Assembly (NCBI GenBank): GCA_008369845.1
Contig: MRSU01002597.1
Location: 1-40,696 of the forward strand
Source: Trichomonas gallinae
Taxonomy: Eukaryota
Length of the DNA: 40,696 nucleotides
Reading direction: 5' to 3'
A program made the position numbers and the translations under genes. How positions within the stretch are numbered: position 1 is the first letter of the stretch; the number at the start of each line of letters is the position of its first letter. Positions 28,113-39,795 of this stretch are shown in pieces. Under the pieces are notes generated by a model that was given only the letters and a program-made list of their open reading frames with translations, searched no databases and was not told where the DNA came from.

Positions 28113-30347
28113 TTATTTCTTAGATTTTTTAGATGATTTGCTTGTCTCAGAAGTAGTATCATCACCAGTTATCTCATCATCTTTAGATATCGAAGCCTTA
28201 GACTTCTTTCTTGCAGGTGTTCCATTCTTCTTGCCTCCTTTCTTCTTCTCGGATGTTTTCGAAAGCTCGGATTGCATAGACAGCTGAGGGCTGACAATAG
28301 GGAGGTTCTTAGAAGGCGATTTGCTGATTGTTTCTTTCTTCTTGATAACTTTCTTTTCAGTTTTTTGCTCACCGAAAACCAAAAACTCTGGTAGTTCTTC
28401 TAACTGGTCGACAGCACCAGTCTTCAGCATCTCTTCCAGCTTCTTGACTTCGACTTCAAGAAGCTCAACATCCTCCTTCATCTTCTCCTTCTTTTCGTTA
28501 TTCTTTTGCTGGATGTTTTCCAGCTTCGTCTTCGCTTCAGCTATCTGCCCTCTGACCTTCTCTGTCGCCTTCTTGTTCTCTTCCAAATCCTGCTTCAGTT
28601 TCTTCTCTTTCTCGCGCAAAGTTACAAGCTGTCCTTCGATTTTCTCTGTTTTTGCAGCGCTTTCAGTTTTTTCGAGTTCTAGCGTCTGCTCTTTCTCGAC
28701 AATCTGCTTGTGCAAGTTGGAAGTCTCGTTTGACTCCGAATCAAGTATTGCGATCGTTTTTTCTTCGATTGATTTGATTTCATCTTTCATATGATGGTTT
28801 TGGCGTTCTAAGTCATGTAAAATCTCGTCTTTCCTCTTCAACTCAGCTGATGCATATTGAAGCTGAAGGTACGTGTTCCTTGCCGGCTGTTTTCTGCGCC
28901 TTTTGAGTGTATCTGCATTTCTTGCGCAAATTTCGTTAAGAGCATTGAATGAAAAGTGGTTGATTTGTGTTCCACTGACATTAATTTTCAGTATATGTGT
29001 GTTAACTTTGAAGATTTTCTCGAAATCAGTGCCAGTTGCTTCGAGGAAGAAATTATTGCACATTTCGAGAGAAATAAGCGATGGACATAATATTGATGCT
29101 TCAGCTATTGCGCGACCACCTTTGTCTGTAATCATTGCAGTTGATAAATTTAATGTTGTAATTGTTTTGTTGGATTGAAGAACGATTGCAAGGGCAAGAG
29201 CAGTTTCATCACCAAGTTTGTTTTGTGACACATTTAATGACGCCAAAACCTCGTTTTTAAGTAATGCATTTGCTAAAGCGACACCACCTGTGTGTGTGAT
29301 CTGGCAATTCCTTAGGTGCAGTTCTACAATGGTCTGGTTCGTTTCTAACGCCTTGGCAATAGCTTTCGCGCCATCATCGCCGACAACATTATCGCTTAAA
29401 TCTAAATAGCCGAGATAATTAGTTTTTTCTATGTATTTCGCAAACTTGAATGCAACTTCAGGCTGGAAACAGTTATCACTAAGGTCTATGTAGAATAAAT
29501 GAGGATAATCTCCTTGTTCATTTGAATTCTTTTTCTTTGTTGGATTTAAGAGGTAATCTGCGAATGCCACACCAAACTGATACTCTGGCTTCGGGCTGGC
29601 GTTCAAATAATTACTACTTAAATCAATTCGAATTAAAGTTGAGTTATAGCCAAGTCCACTTGTAATAAAGTTAGTAGATAGAATGGGTCGAACGTCAGAA
29701 AGCTTTTTCTTTTCAGAATCGATATTATTCGCACTTAAAAATTTTAGAGAGCTAGATTGCGATAATAGCTTAATTAAAATGGTCTCAACGGGCAGGAATG
29801 TTGATTCATGATGCATTGTAAAGTCGCAACCGCTAATTCCAAGTGTTTGGAAATTTGGTGCTTTTATTATTGCGTCAACGAGGATTGTAAGTGTTGCTGG
29901 CGTTATTGTATTAGCATGCACAGCCTTTTCTGTAATTCCAAGTTGCAAAGAAAGCAAATGATTTGATAAAATCATATTAGCCATGTGATTCGCTGATTTA
30001 TCAGTAATATCATTACATCCAATGTTCAATGTTTGTATTCCTTTGTTTAATTGAATGAAATGGGCCAGTATAGCTAAGCCCTGATCCTTTAACGAATTGC
30101 AATAAACATCAATTTTGCGTAAATCTGTTCTATTTCGACTGAATTTTGCTATGGTATTCGCTGCAGCGCTGCCTATATGAATAGATCTTAAAATCATTGA
30201 TTGTCCGTAAACTTTGTTTTTCAATTTTGAAGTGAACCTGAAAAATTCTTCGCGAGTTGGTTCTTCTTGAGTATCTTTGCATCTAGAAACATACAACTCC
30301 TCTAAAAATAGTAACTGATCTGGAACTTCTTCTTCTTCAACATCCAT
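28113..30347 (-). CDS. RNI-like leucine-rich repeat protein with C-terminal coiled coil
   Basis: repeats such as YLDLSDNVVGDDGAKAIAKAL and LNVSQNKLGDETALALA; E/K-rich heptads; basic tail. Confidence 0.9.
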   Translation of the reverse strand: MDVEEEEVPDQLLFLEELYVSRCKDTQEEPTREEFFRFTSKLKNKVYGQSMILRSIHIGSAAANTIAKFSRNRTDLRKIDVYCNSLKDQGLAILAHFIQLNKGIQTLNIGCNDITDKSANHMANMILSNHLLSLQLGITEKAVHANTITPATLTILVDAIIKAPNFQTLGISGCDFTMHHESTFLPVETILIKLLSQSSSLKFLSANNIDSEKKKLSDVRPILSTNFITSGLGYNSTLIRIDLSSNYLNASPKPEYQFGVAFADYLLNPTKKKNSNEQGDYPHLFYIDLSDNCFQPEVAFKFAKYIEKTNYLGYLDLSDNVVGDDGAKAIAKALETNQTIVELHLRNCQITHTGGVALANALLKNEVLASLNVSQNKLGDETALALAIVLQSNKTITTLNLSTAMITDKGGRAIAEASILCPSLISLEMCNNFFLEATGTDFEKIFKVNTHILKINVSGTQINHFSFNALNEICARNADTLKRRRKQPARNTYLQLQYASAELKRKDEILHDLERQNHHMKDEIKSIEEKTIAILDSESNETSNLHKQIVEKEQTLELEKTESAAKTEKIEGQLVTLREKEKKLKQDLEENKKATEKVRGQIAEAKTKLENIQQKNNEKKEKMKEDVELLEVEVKKLEEMLKTGAVDQLEELPEFLVFGEQKTEKKVIKKKETISKSPSKNLPIVSPQLSMQSELSKTSEKKKGGKKNGTPARKKSKASISKDDEITGDDTTSETSKSSKKSKK

Positions 30348-32261
30348 ATTACGTTATTTATAAGGAAAAGTGACAGATCCTTTTTTTTTTGATTTTTTCA
30401 CATCTTTTTGAGATCAAAATACTAATATACAACTAATTTAATTCACTTTTTACAAAACAATTAGTGACATTTATTGAATATTTTTTGATTCAATATTTTC
30501 TATTTCAGTATTATCAATAAATGATGAGACCAAATGAAAGTGTTAGATATAGCAATCTTATAGTTATCATATTTAAACAAAATCGAAGATTTGATTAAAT
30601 TTTTAAATGCATTGATTCAAGTCCAGTTTTCTGATTTACTATCAAATAGTTTCACTTTTTACTATATAATGAATGATTTTTATTTGCTAGCAAATTTATT
30701 TTTTTTGATTCCGCAGACGCAGTATCTGGAATTAATAGATTATGCTCAAGTTGTACTAATTACTAGTACTAATAAACACTGTTTTATAGTCTATTAGACA
30801 CAGATTCGATTGCTGATAATTTTCTTCAAAATTTCCAAGCAAAATACTGTTATTCGCAAGCTTTTGGTATTTTGGCCTATACATATGTAATTTTTATACA
30901 TAAAATGCTTTCCTTTTAGTAAGCTTGTCTGTCTAAATTTCGCTCAAGTTATATACATGCATTACCATTTAATAACGCACCTATATATGATAGCTATATA
31001 ATATATAGAACGTATTGGAACCAAGGCGGTGAATTTATTAAATTTTGATTTACATTGTCTCAATATGATGCGGCATTAAATGAACTAGCTGCTATTGGAA
31101 GAATTCAGATATTTCCACTATTAGTTTATCCGTAAAACTCAATTTGGTCACTCAAAATTGATCTGCAACAGCATTTATAAGGTTTGGAATAAAACTGATG
31201 ATGGAATTAATGAAAATACATGAAAGAAGATCTATAGCCTAAGCATCCAGACAAATTGTCCCAATCTTGAAAATAAAATGGCATTTGATATTTTAACTTC
31301 CCTCCTTAAAACATGTGATAATAGTAGCTAATGACATAGATATTCGTAGAATTCAATTTAAATCGCATTATGCCATTACTACGCCAGAAAATTTGAGATG
31401 CGAAAAAATACCCTCACGTTGTAGTGCGCTATTTATCTAGATCAAGTTGTTATGCTATATCCATCATATATTACCACCCACCGGCGTATGTGTACCAATA
31501 GGATTTTTCGAGAATTGATAACTGAACCCGAATTTTTTATGAGGTTTAGCAACAAAAATCAAAATTTACCAACAGTTTATAATGTACAAGGCCTTAAAGC
31601 ATGTATTCCCGATTTTTCAAAATAAAATATTTTTTCCCCTTGAAACGAAAAACAACGTTATATAATGTGATGTAAATTAAAAATATCATATCTAATTTTT
31701 GAATGAATTTTTTTGAGAGAGATTTTCATATGGGCATACAAAAATCAATTATAACGAAAAGAGAAAATCTATAAATATAATGATATTGATTAATTTTTTC
31801 TCGTAAAATTTATTGTTTTTTTTAATAAATAATTGTAAGACTGATTTATGATATATTGTATATTTTATATCTGAATATGGAAAATTTTGAGAGGCGATTT
31901 AATTTACTGTAATTGATACAATGCTATCTATGTCCAAAAGATGAAGATTTTATTCATTTTATTTCGTTTAATTTTTCTCACAGGGAAGCATTCAAAAATG
32001 AATTGATTCCACTTTTTGAATAGTTATGCGATGAAAAACAAAGATACATCATAATCAATAATATAGCAAATATATAATAAAAAAATATCCCTGGAGTAAA
32101 GCATTCAAAAATGTAATTAATATTTATAACAATTAATTGACAGTCAGTAATTATCATCGACCGCAAATTCCTTTGAATCATATCAATTCTTTCAAAAATA
32201 TTCAATAAAAACAGTTTTGTAATTTTCACAATATTTTCAATTGAAAAAAAAAAAATTAACA

Positions 32262-33428
32262 ATGTCTATTCCTTTCAGGGTTGGTGATTTTGAAATACAT
32301 GAAGAAATCGGGAAAAGCCTCTGTGGATCTGTTCGTAGAGGCATTCATTCCCAATCAAGAAAGAACGTAGCAATCAAAATCCTTGAAAAATCAAAATTTC
32401 AAACAATGCAAGAAATAACCCGCTTACAACGTGAATTACATTTACATATGAAACTTCAGCATCCTCTTATTTCGCAAATGTTTGGCTATTACGAAGATGA
32501 GAACAATTATTACTTATTGATCGAGTACAGCGAGAATGGAACACTTCTTCAACACATTAACAAGAATGGCCCAATTATCGAACAACTTGCGAGACGCTAC
32601 TTTACACAATTATTGATTGCCGTAGAATATCTTCATACAGTAAAGAGAATCGCGCACCGTGATATCAAGCTCGAAAACATATTATTCGACAGTTTTTACA
32701 ACATAAGACTCACAGATTTTGGTATTTCCAGAGATTTCGAAGAGAATGCTGAGTTCCACACAATCTGTGGCTCTCCTTCTTACCTTGCACCAGAGATCAT
32801 CAAAGGCGAACCATATAATACTAAATCTGATATTTGGGGAATGGGTGTAGTTCTTTACAGTATGGTTAATGGCAAACTCCCATTCAACGCTACAAACAAG
32901 AAAGATTTATTCAATCAGATACTTAAAGAAGACATAAAGTTCGACAGAAATATTTCTGATTCACTTAAAGACCTCATTAACAAAATGTTCAACAAGAACC
33001 AATATGCTAGAATTTCACTCGAGCAAATCAAAGAACATCCATGGTTCTCCATGAACATGTACCAAACAGCAATTAATTATTTAGACTGCTTAGAAGAAAA
33101 CCAGAATGATCAAGTAGTTCGTTCTGAGCTTGACTCATATCAGATTGATACAAGCTGCTTAATGACAAAGATTTACAACGAACAGTCTGACTCAACAACC
33201 ATTGCTTATAAGCTTCTTAAAAAGGAGTTTATCAACAAAGACCTTAGATGCGTCTTTCGTAACAGAGCTAGTAGAACATCCAGATGTTCTGCCGAATATG
33301 ACGTAAGCAATCTTCAACAGCAAAGAGTCAAGCTATCAACAGCTAATAAGCCTAGATCCCAGGTATTTGGTTCCAAGGTTCCTTTCCCTGAGATTCCTGT
33401 TGAACTTCGTTCAAAAATATCTTATTAA
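32262..33428 (+). CDS. CAMK-group (SNF1/AMPK-like) Ser/Thr kinase
   Basis: ATG 32262; VAIK, HRDIKLEN, DFG, TICGSPSYLAPE, DIWGMG. Confidence 0.92.
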   Translation: MSIPFRVGDFEIHEEIGKSLCGSVRRGIHSQSRKNVAIKILEKSKFQTMQEITRLQRELHLHMKLQHPLISQMFGYYEDENNYYLLIEYSENGTLLQHINKNGPIIEQLARRYFTQLLIAVEYLHTVKRIAHRDIKLENILFDSFYNIRLTDFGISRDFEENAEFHTICGSPSYLAPEIIKGEPYNTKSDIWGMGVVLYSMVNGKLPFNATNKKDLFNQILKEDIKFDRNISDSLKDLINKMFNKNQYARISLEQIKEHPWFSMNMYQTAINYLDCLEENQNDQVVRSELDSYQIDTSCLMTKIYNEQSDSTTIAYKLLKKEFINKDLRCVFRNRASRTSRCSAEYDVSNLQQQRVKLSTANKPRSQVFGSKVPFPEIPVELRSKISY

Positions 33429-34277
33429 TTTTCTTTCTAATTGCTAATAGTTTTACCTACGAGTAGAAGCTTACGTTTCATAGATGAGTAAGTACTGTCA
33501 TTTCTATTTTGTCTTGTTTTTTTAAATTATGTTTCTATCCTTATCTTAAGCATTTTTTACTTATATTGTTACATTGGTAAGTTATATATATCGAAATAAT
33601 ACATTTTTATTAAATTAATTCAAACAAATAAGATAGATTAGCAGTAAGAAGTAATCATTCGCGTGCTTTTGGAACATACTATCCAAACAAAGCCAACAAT
33701 TAATATGAAAAGTTATAATATTTGCAATCTTAAAATATCGATATCCAAGAAGATCCTAATAAGCGAATTAATATGATATTAGTAGGGAATATATGCTATA
33801 ACTAGGCAATATGGAGTTCACAAAGAGATTAAAACAAAAATGAATGGGTAATACTACCACTTTTGTCGTTAAATTAACAAAATCGTCACTTTTTGCAAAC
33901 TTTCCTTGACCGTTTTTATTTCCAAGATCTATAATTTATTCCATTATATTTTTACCCATTATAGGACGTATTTATCGATAAAGTGTATAGAAGTTTACAG
34001 GTCTCGTTAATAATATGGAAATATTTTCGGAGTACTTGGGAATCCCAAATATTTCAAAATTTTTCGACTATTCAACTAAACGACACTTTTTGAAAGATAA
34101 AATTTCTGACTTTTTGTGATAAAAATTTTTGCTAAATTTTTAATCTAATTTTGATTTAGTATTATTAGCACACAACAACTCCAATTTTTTTTGAAATTTT
34201 TTTCTTTCAATTTTTTGTGGGGAAAATTGTTCGGGTAAATTCTCCATTGATTTACATCATTTTTATAGTTGTTGCAC

Positions 34278-34817
34278 ATGACACAGCCACTGACTAAGGT
34301 TTACTACAAGGTAGACATTATCAATCCCACCAATGTTACAGCAGAAGAACTTGCAATGACAGAATTTGAAAAATGGTTACAATCATTCGACGAAAGTGAA
34401 TCGTTAGAATCCATTAAAATTCGAATAATCAAAGGATTTGAAGATGTTAATGCATCAAATAATTCATACTCTGCTTGCGTTTGCTTTTACCTTCATGAAG
34501 ATGCAAATGCTTTCAGAAGATATTTTAATTATACAGAAATAGACGGTATTGCACGTATTGTTACATTTTGGTATGGTATTCGTGCTGGTCATGAAGTTAT
34601 TGCAAAGAATATGCCACGTAATACTTCCAGAAGAACAGTTTTTGAAAAATTCGAAAAATATGGAGATATTGGACGTGTAACACCGTGCAAGAGCAATCCA
34701 TCCGTTTTTTGGATCGCATTCATCAGTTCCAAGGGTGCCAAAAATGCCATAGCTAACGAAACATATATATCAGAGAGAAAATTAACTGTCCAAAAAGCAG
34801 TTTCTTCTTCCAGATGA
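34278..34817 (+). CDS. RRM-containing protein (one clear and one degenerate RRM)
   Basis: ATG 34278; VIAKNMP...VFEKFEKYGDI...FWIAF...AKNAI pattern. Confidence 0.65.
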   Translation: MTQPLTKVYYKVDIINPTNVTAEELAMTEFEKWLQSFDESESLESIKIRIIKGFEDVNASNNSYSACVCFYLHEDANAFRRYFNYTEIDGIARIVTFWYGIRAGHEVIAKNMPRNTSRRTVFEKFEKYGDIGRVTPCKSNPSVFWIAFISSKGAKNAIANETYISERKLTVQKAVSSSR

Positions 34818-35627
34818 TTCATATTATTTGTTATTTGTAGTAAAATCAGTTATTCATGTTAAGTATTATCATTTTACAATCTGAATTAAAATAAACATCT
34901 AATATAATTCTCAAATGATTTTTGTTTTGAAAATTTGAAAAATAATCTTTAGGCGAAAATCTCGACTCCTTATTGTCTAAATCATTAGATATCTTATCTA
35001 TACAATCTTCAACATATATATATAATACATGCAAAGTTTAAAGCAATTCTCTTGGGCTCTTCGATGTTGACACACATTTTAAATCACATTATAATTTAAA
35101 TAAAATTTTATTATAACGTATTTTTTTGTAAAGTGCAAAATGCCAAAATTTTACAATAAAAGATTCAAGTTCGATTCTAGAATGTTTTTTCCTTTTTGAG
35201 ACTTTGCGTTTTCTGAATCAGAGGCGCTATATTATCATCTTTTCATTGAACTTTCATCATAGATGGAATTATGTTATCGACTAATAATTGTTCTTAATTT
35301 AGTAATCGCTTATATTGAAGTAATCGTTAGGTCAGCATTATATGGCTGATATGAATATCTGGCATGTAACCTCAAAAATGCCTATAATTGTTTAGATTCC
35401 ATAATATTTTTCAAATTTTTGTTGATATAATTTTTTTTGACAAAATTTTACTTGACAAATTTAAAAATTTACATGGCACTCGTTGATATAATAATGTATA
35501 ACACAATGATATGAATGCGAAATGAAATTTAACGATAAATGTAAATTTTGTTTAAAATCCAAATTCGCCAGTCAATAAAAAGTGCAGTCAATGAACACAA
35601 CAAAAAACAAATTTATCCTTTTTTGGG

Positions 35628-35662
35628 TCATTTCACAAAAAAATTTTTCTTCATTTCACAAA
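35628..35662 (+). promoter_or_regulatory. duplicated initiator-like element TCATTTCACAAA
   Basis: identical 12-mers at 35628-35639 and 35651-35662, the second running into the ATG; matches trichomonad Inr TCAYT. Confidence 0.55.
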
Positions 35663-36585
35663 TGGAAAATCCACCATTGGCGTATATTAGACAGTATTTC
35701 ACAACGGCTAAGATGGAGAAAATGACTGACAATGATATATCATACATTTTAATGGAGGCTAAGAATACTTTGAGCCAAGATCCGACTGTTTATAATTTGA
35801 AATCCCCAATTACCATTGTAGGAGACTTACACGGAAATCTTAAAGATCTTCTACACATATTCCAGACTGCAGGCACACCTCCAGAACGCAAGTTTCTCTT
35901 TCTCGGTGATTACGTTGATCGAGGACCTCAAAGCGTTGAGGTTCTTTTGTTGCTTTTTTCACTGAAAGTGTTATACCCTAACCATATATTTTTGTTACGT
36001 GGCAATCATGAGGTCATCGATTTCGCAGAACCTACAGATTTTATGAATGAGGTTAAAAAGAAACTGTTTTCTTCTGCAATGATCCTAATTTCGGAGGTAT
36101 TTGATGAAATGCCATTAGCTGCATTGATTGACAACAAAATATGGTGTATACACGGCGGACTTTCACAAGGATATACTAAAATATCTGCGATTCAGGCAAT
36201 AAAGAGACCATTTAGAACACCAGATAATGGATATCTAGCCGATCTCCTTTGGTCTGATCCTTGTCAGACAGTTCAAGAATGGGGACCAAATACACAAAGA
36301 GGAAACACAGTTGTTTGGGGTTCTAAAGCAGCTAAGAAGTTCATGGAAGACAACAAGTTAAGCTATATCATCAGAGCGCATCAAGCTGTTTTCGAGGGGT
36401 TCAAATATGCATTTCCTCCTGATAAATCTGTAGTTACACTATATTCATCGACTTTCTCTACAAATGGGAATGCAAACAAAGCCGCTTATTGCAGTATAAC
36501 GCCAGGAAATCCTCCAAAGCTCACACAATTAAATCAAGTATCATACGGCACTCAATTCAACATTTATTGGAAAGATTCTCATTGA
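35662..36585 (+). CDS. PPP-family Ser/Thr protein phosphatase (PP1-like)
   Basis: ATG 35662; GDLHG, GDYVDRG, LRGNHE, HGG, LLWSDP, IRAHQ. Confidence 0.95.
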   Translation: MENPPLAYIRQYFTTAKMEKMTDNDISYILMEAKNTLSQDPTVYNLKSPITIVGDLHGNLKDLLHIFQTAGTPPERKFLFLGDYVDRGPQSVEVLLLLFSLKVLYPNHIFLLRGNHEVIDFAEPTDFMNEVKKKLFSSAMILISEVFDEMPLAALIDNKIWCIHGGLSQGYTKISAIQAIKRPFRTPDNGYLADLLWSDPCQTVQEWGPNTQRGNTVVWGSKAAKKFMEDNKLSYIIRAHQAVFEGFKYAFPPDKSVVTLYSSTFSTNGNANKAAYCSITPGNPPKLTQLNQVSYGTQFNIYWKDSH

Positions 36586-36798
36586 TAGAGCTATAAAATC
36601 ATATGATTACAGTTAACAATATTATTCCAATCAAAAATTAATTTTTTTTTTGATTGTTAGTCGTTTGGAAAACTCAAATTAGCCAGAATGCCTATCATTT
36701 ATTTGTTGCATTTTGATTTTGATTGCAATTTTTCGTTAATGATTGTATAGTTTATATAAAATGTATGTTAAACATGGTATTTATATTAATTACAAACA

Positions 36799-37662
36799 TT
36801 AGAGTGCTTCGATGATTCTTTTCCAGTCAAAATCATAATCGTAAACATATCCATTTTTGATGAATAGAGAACGAAAAATTTTTAAATATAAAGAGTAGTC
36901 AGGTTCTTCATCAAATCTCAGTCCTCTCGTGAAACTCAAAAATAAAGCGAATTCTTCTGGTAAATCAGAACAAAGTTCGTCGATAGGAGTTTTCATCTTA
37001 ATTTCGGTAATTTTAGCGTAATCACGGATGCCAGACCATGGTAAAGTGCCTTTGAGAAAGTAAATTAACATATAAGCTAATGATTCCATATCATCTCTTC
37101 TCGTTTCTCGAATGCCAACATGTGCATTCACAGAATTGTATCTAGCAGTTCCTACAACATTTGTTTCGTCGCAATATTTTATATGCTGTTTTGTTTCAGG
37201 GTCAATGTAATTTGTAGCAAGTCCAAAATCTATTAGATTAATCACATTTGAGTTTTTGTCTTTTCCAATAAGAAAATTTTGAGGTTTTATATCTCGATGA
37301 ACGAATCCTTTCTTATGGACGTATTGTATACGATTAATCATCTGATCCACGAGCATTAGTACCGTTTTTAATGAGAATTTCTTTTTGCAGCTTTGAAATA
37401 AATCTTCAACAGAATAAGAAAACAAATCCATGACCAAAACATTGTAATTATTTCTTTGTCCAAACCATTTTACTGAAGGAAATCCAACTGCATTTGAAAA
37501 ATATCGATAAATTCTGCATTCATATAATAATTGAAGATTTTCATTTGTTATAGGCTCTTTTTTGATAGCAAACTGTTCTCCTTTGTCGTTTTCACCACGA
37601 AATATCTCACCAAAAGATCCCTTTCCTATTCGCTCTTTTATGGTGAAATTCCAAGGCTTCAT
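36799..37662 (-). CDS. casein kinase 1 family kinase
   Basis: ATG 37662; IGKGSFGEI, HRDIKPQNFL, IDFGLA, GTARYNSVNAH, RRDDMES, LPWSG. Confidence 0.95.
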   Translation of the reverse strand: MKPWNFTIKERIGKGSFGEIFRGENDKGEQFAIKKEPITNENLQLLYECRIYRYFSNAVGFPSVKWFGQRNNYNVLVMDLFSYSVEDLFQSCKKKFSLKTVLMLVDQMINRIQYVHKKGFVHRDIKPQNFLIGKDKNSNVINLIDFGLATNYIDPETKQHIKYCDETNVVGTARYNSVNAHVGIRETRRDDMESLAYMLIYFLKGTLPWSGIRDYAKITEIKMKTPIDELCSDLPEEFALFLSFTRGLRFDEEPDYSLYLKIFRSLFIKNGYVYDYDFDWKRIIEAL

Positions 37663-37780
37663 CAAAATTAGAAAATAATTGAAAATACGAATAAAATAAT
37701 TTTAGAAGAATTCAGATTTATATGTTTTGGCAAAATATTATGCGGAAATTTTTTTTGTTGTCAAAAAATATTGTCGTTGT

Positions 37781-37850
37781 AAACGGCATCGGTGCCTGTG
37801 TTAAACTCGAGAAATACGACTCAGCATCATACACGATCTCATACAACGGT
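37781..37850 (+). repeat. 70-bp intergenic copy of GP63 coding sequence 39429-39498
   Basis: 69/70 identical, same orientation. Confidence 0.95.
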
Positions 37851-38166
37851 TCAACAAATATGTCTATTTTTGACTCATAGTTTGTGTCGTTTTAAGAGAA
37901 GAATTACATATTGTGCTATACATGTCAAAAAGTGACATTTGGCGCTTGGTCTGGCGCTCTCCAAAACCGCCATTTCGACATGTATATATTGTGCATAATA
38001 AAAATACAGAAATGAAATTTAATTTCGTATTTATCTTAAGGCAAATAGTGTTCACAAAAATTGAAATACTCTGTTCGTTGAAAAATCGAATATATTCGTA
38101 ATAGTTATATCAAACAATAAGATTGGCCGAATTTTGTAAACATTTCAATTCATATTATTTACAAAA

Positions 38167-39795
38167 ATGTTTCTCTTATATGCGAATATAGTTTTTTCAT
38201 CACCAATAAGGGTATTTTATGACTTAGATTACCTTGATAACAACTACTGTCGGTGTGAAACCGAAGAAAACACTTCGTGTAACAAAATGAAATGTGATAA
38301 GGAAGATTTAGTTACAGAAAGCACTAAAGAGAAGATCAAATACACTACAGATGCAGCATCAGCATATTTGAAAGAACTTCTTTCAATAAAAAAACCACGA
38401 AACGAAATTCAACTTTCTCAATATAGCGACAACGAACTCTTCAACATATACAAACCTAAGGAATACATCAACAACGTCGATGTTTACATTCAAGTTGCAG
38501 TTCAGAGTCTTCCAGGCGACAACCGCGCAGCTTTCTCTCTGAACCACAACGACACATGCTGTTCTCCATACCACGGCATTATTGTTTTGTCATCCAAGTA
38601 TGTCAACAGTGTTGAAGCCTCAAACTCCACATCAACAAACCGCGAACTTTTCCAAACCATTGTTCACGAAACATTCCATATTCTTGGTCTTCGGAGCAGC
38701 CTATTCAAGTATTGGATCAACCCATCTACAAACAAAATCTATGGAAGCGTGATTAATATGTCTCATGTTATCAATTTCCGTGGCATCAAAAGGAATTTCA
38801 CACTCATTAATACACCTCTTGCCCAGATGTTGGCAAAAGTTAGATTTAACATAGAAGATAGTGTTCCACTTGGTATTGAACTGGAGGATGCCGGACCTAA
38901 AGGAACATGGAGCGACCACCTCGAGTCTCGTATATATTTCGGTGACATCATGATGGGACTCTCAGACAAACGTCTCAGTGTCAGTGACATCACGCTTGCT
39001 CTTCTTGCAGACACTGGTTTCTACGATGTCAATCTCAACATGAGCGAACCTCTTGCATGGGGCGACTCACGCTTCTTCAATGGAGACTTCACAGAAACAT
39101 TCTTATATAACAATCCAGCAACATTCCCGTCAAGCTACTTATGCACAGACAATGAGTCACTAAATCAACAGACAAAAAGCAACTACAATGTTTGCACTTA
39201 CGATTTCCTTGGTCTTGCAACATGCAGATCAAAGCGTGACACAATTGACTGCGCGAACACTACGAATGATGAGGAGCAGTACTACTGTGACTCCAAGATA
39301 TACTATAATCAAAACAATCACAGCTACATTGGCCTCGATCGCATTGTTGACTGGCTTCCTACTAAGAGCACACTTTCTCTTTGTGGCAAAGGCCATCGTT
39401 GCAGCATTGTTGGTTCCGATCCAACATCAAACGGCATCGGTGTCTGTGTTAAACTCGAGAAATACGACTCAGCATCATACACGATCTCATACAACGGTGC
39501 CACCGCTACATGCCATTCCGAAGGCGAGATTGTTAATCTTGGCGACACTAAATTGAAGTGTGACCACATCTATGGTTTTTCACATGCGGAAGAATTCTAT
39601 GAGAAAACTGAATCACAGTTGTTAACGGTAGATGAAAATACACAAGAGGGACTTAGTGGCTGGGAGATCAGTCTTATAGTAATCTCCTCATGCTTAGGTG
39701 TCGCTGGTACAGGTGGAGTCTCAGTTGTTATTTACATACGTATTGGCAAGAAAGATGAAGATGACTACCACAAAGAAGAGTTACTTTTGGTTTAG
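38167..39795 (+). CDS. GP63-like (leishmanolysin, peptidase M8) surface metalloprotease
   Basis: short N-terminal signal, HETFH zinc motif, LEDAG..GT.SDHLE, DIMMG Met-turn, LALLADTGFYDVN, Cys-rich region, C-terminal TM helix and short acidic tail. Confidence 0.93.
   Translation: MFLLYANIVFSSPIRVFYDLDYLDNNYCRCETEENTSCNKMKCDKEDLVTESTKEKIKYTTDAASAYLKELLSIKKPRNEIQLSQYSDNELFNIYKPKEYINNVDVYIQVAVQSLPGDNRAAFSLNHNDTCCSPYHGIIVLSSKYVNSVEASNSTSTNRELFQTIVHETFHILGLRSSLFKYWINPSTNKIYGSVINMSHVINFRGIKRNFTLINTPLAQMLAKVRFNIEDSVPLGIELEDAGPKGTWSDHLESRIYFGDIMMGLSDKRLSVSDITLALLADTGFYDVNLNMSEPLAWGDSRFFNGDFTETFLYNNPATFPSSYLCTDNESLNQQTKSNYNVCTYDFLGLATCRSKRDTIDCANTTNDEEQYYCDSKIYYNQNNHSYIGLDRIVDWLPTKSTLSLCGKGHRCSIVGSDPTSNGIGVCVKLEKYDSASYTISYNGATATCHSEGEIVNLGDTKLKCDHIYGFSHAEEFYEKTESQLLTVDENTQEGLSGWEISLIVISSCLGVAGTGGVSVVIYIRIGKKDEDDYHKEELLLV

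Noticed and set aside
32262..37662. Kinase-RRM-phosphatase-kinase neighbourhood as a functional cluster
   Set aside because: These families are heavily expanded in trichomonads, so adjacency is expected by chance
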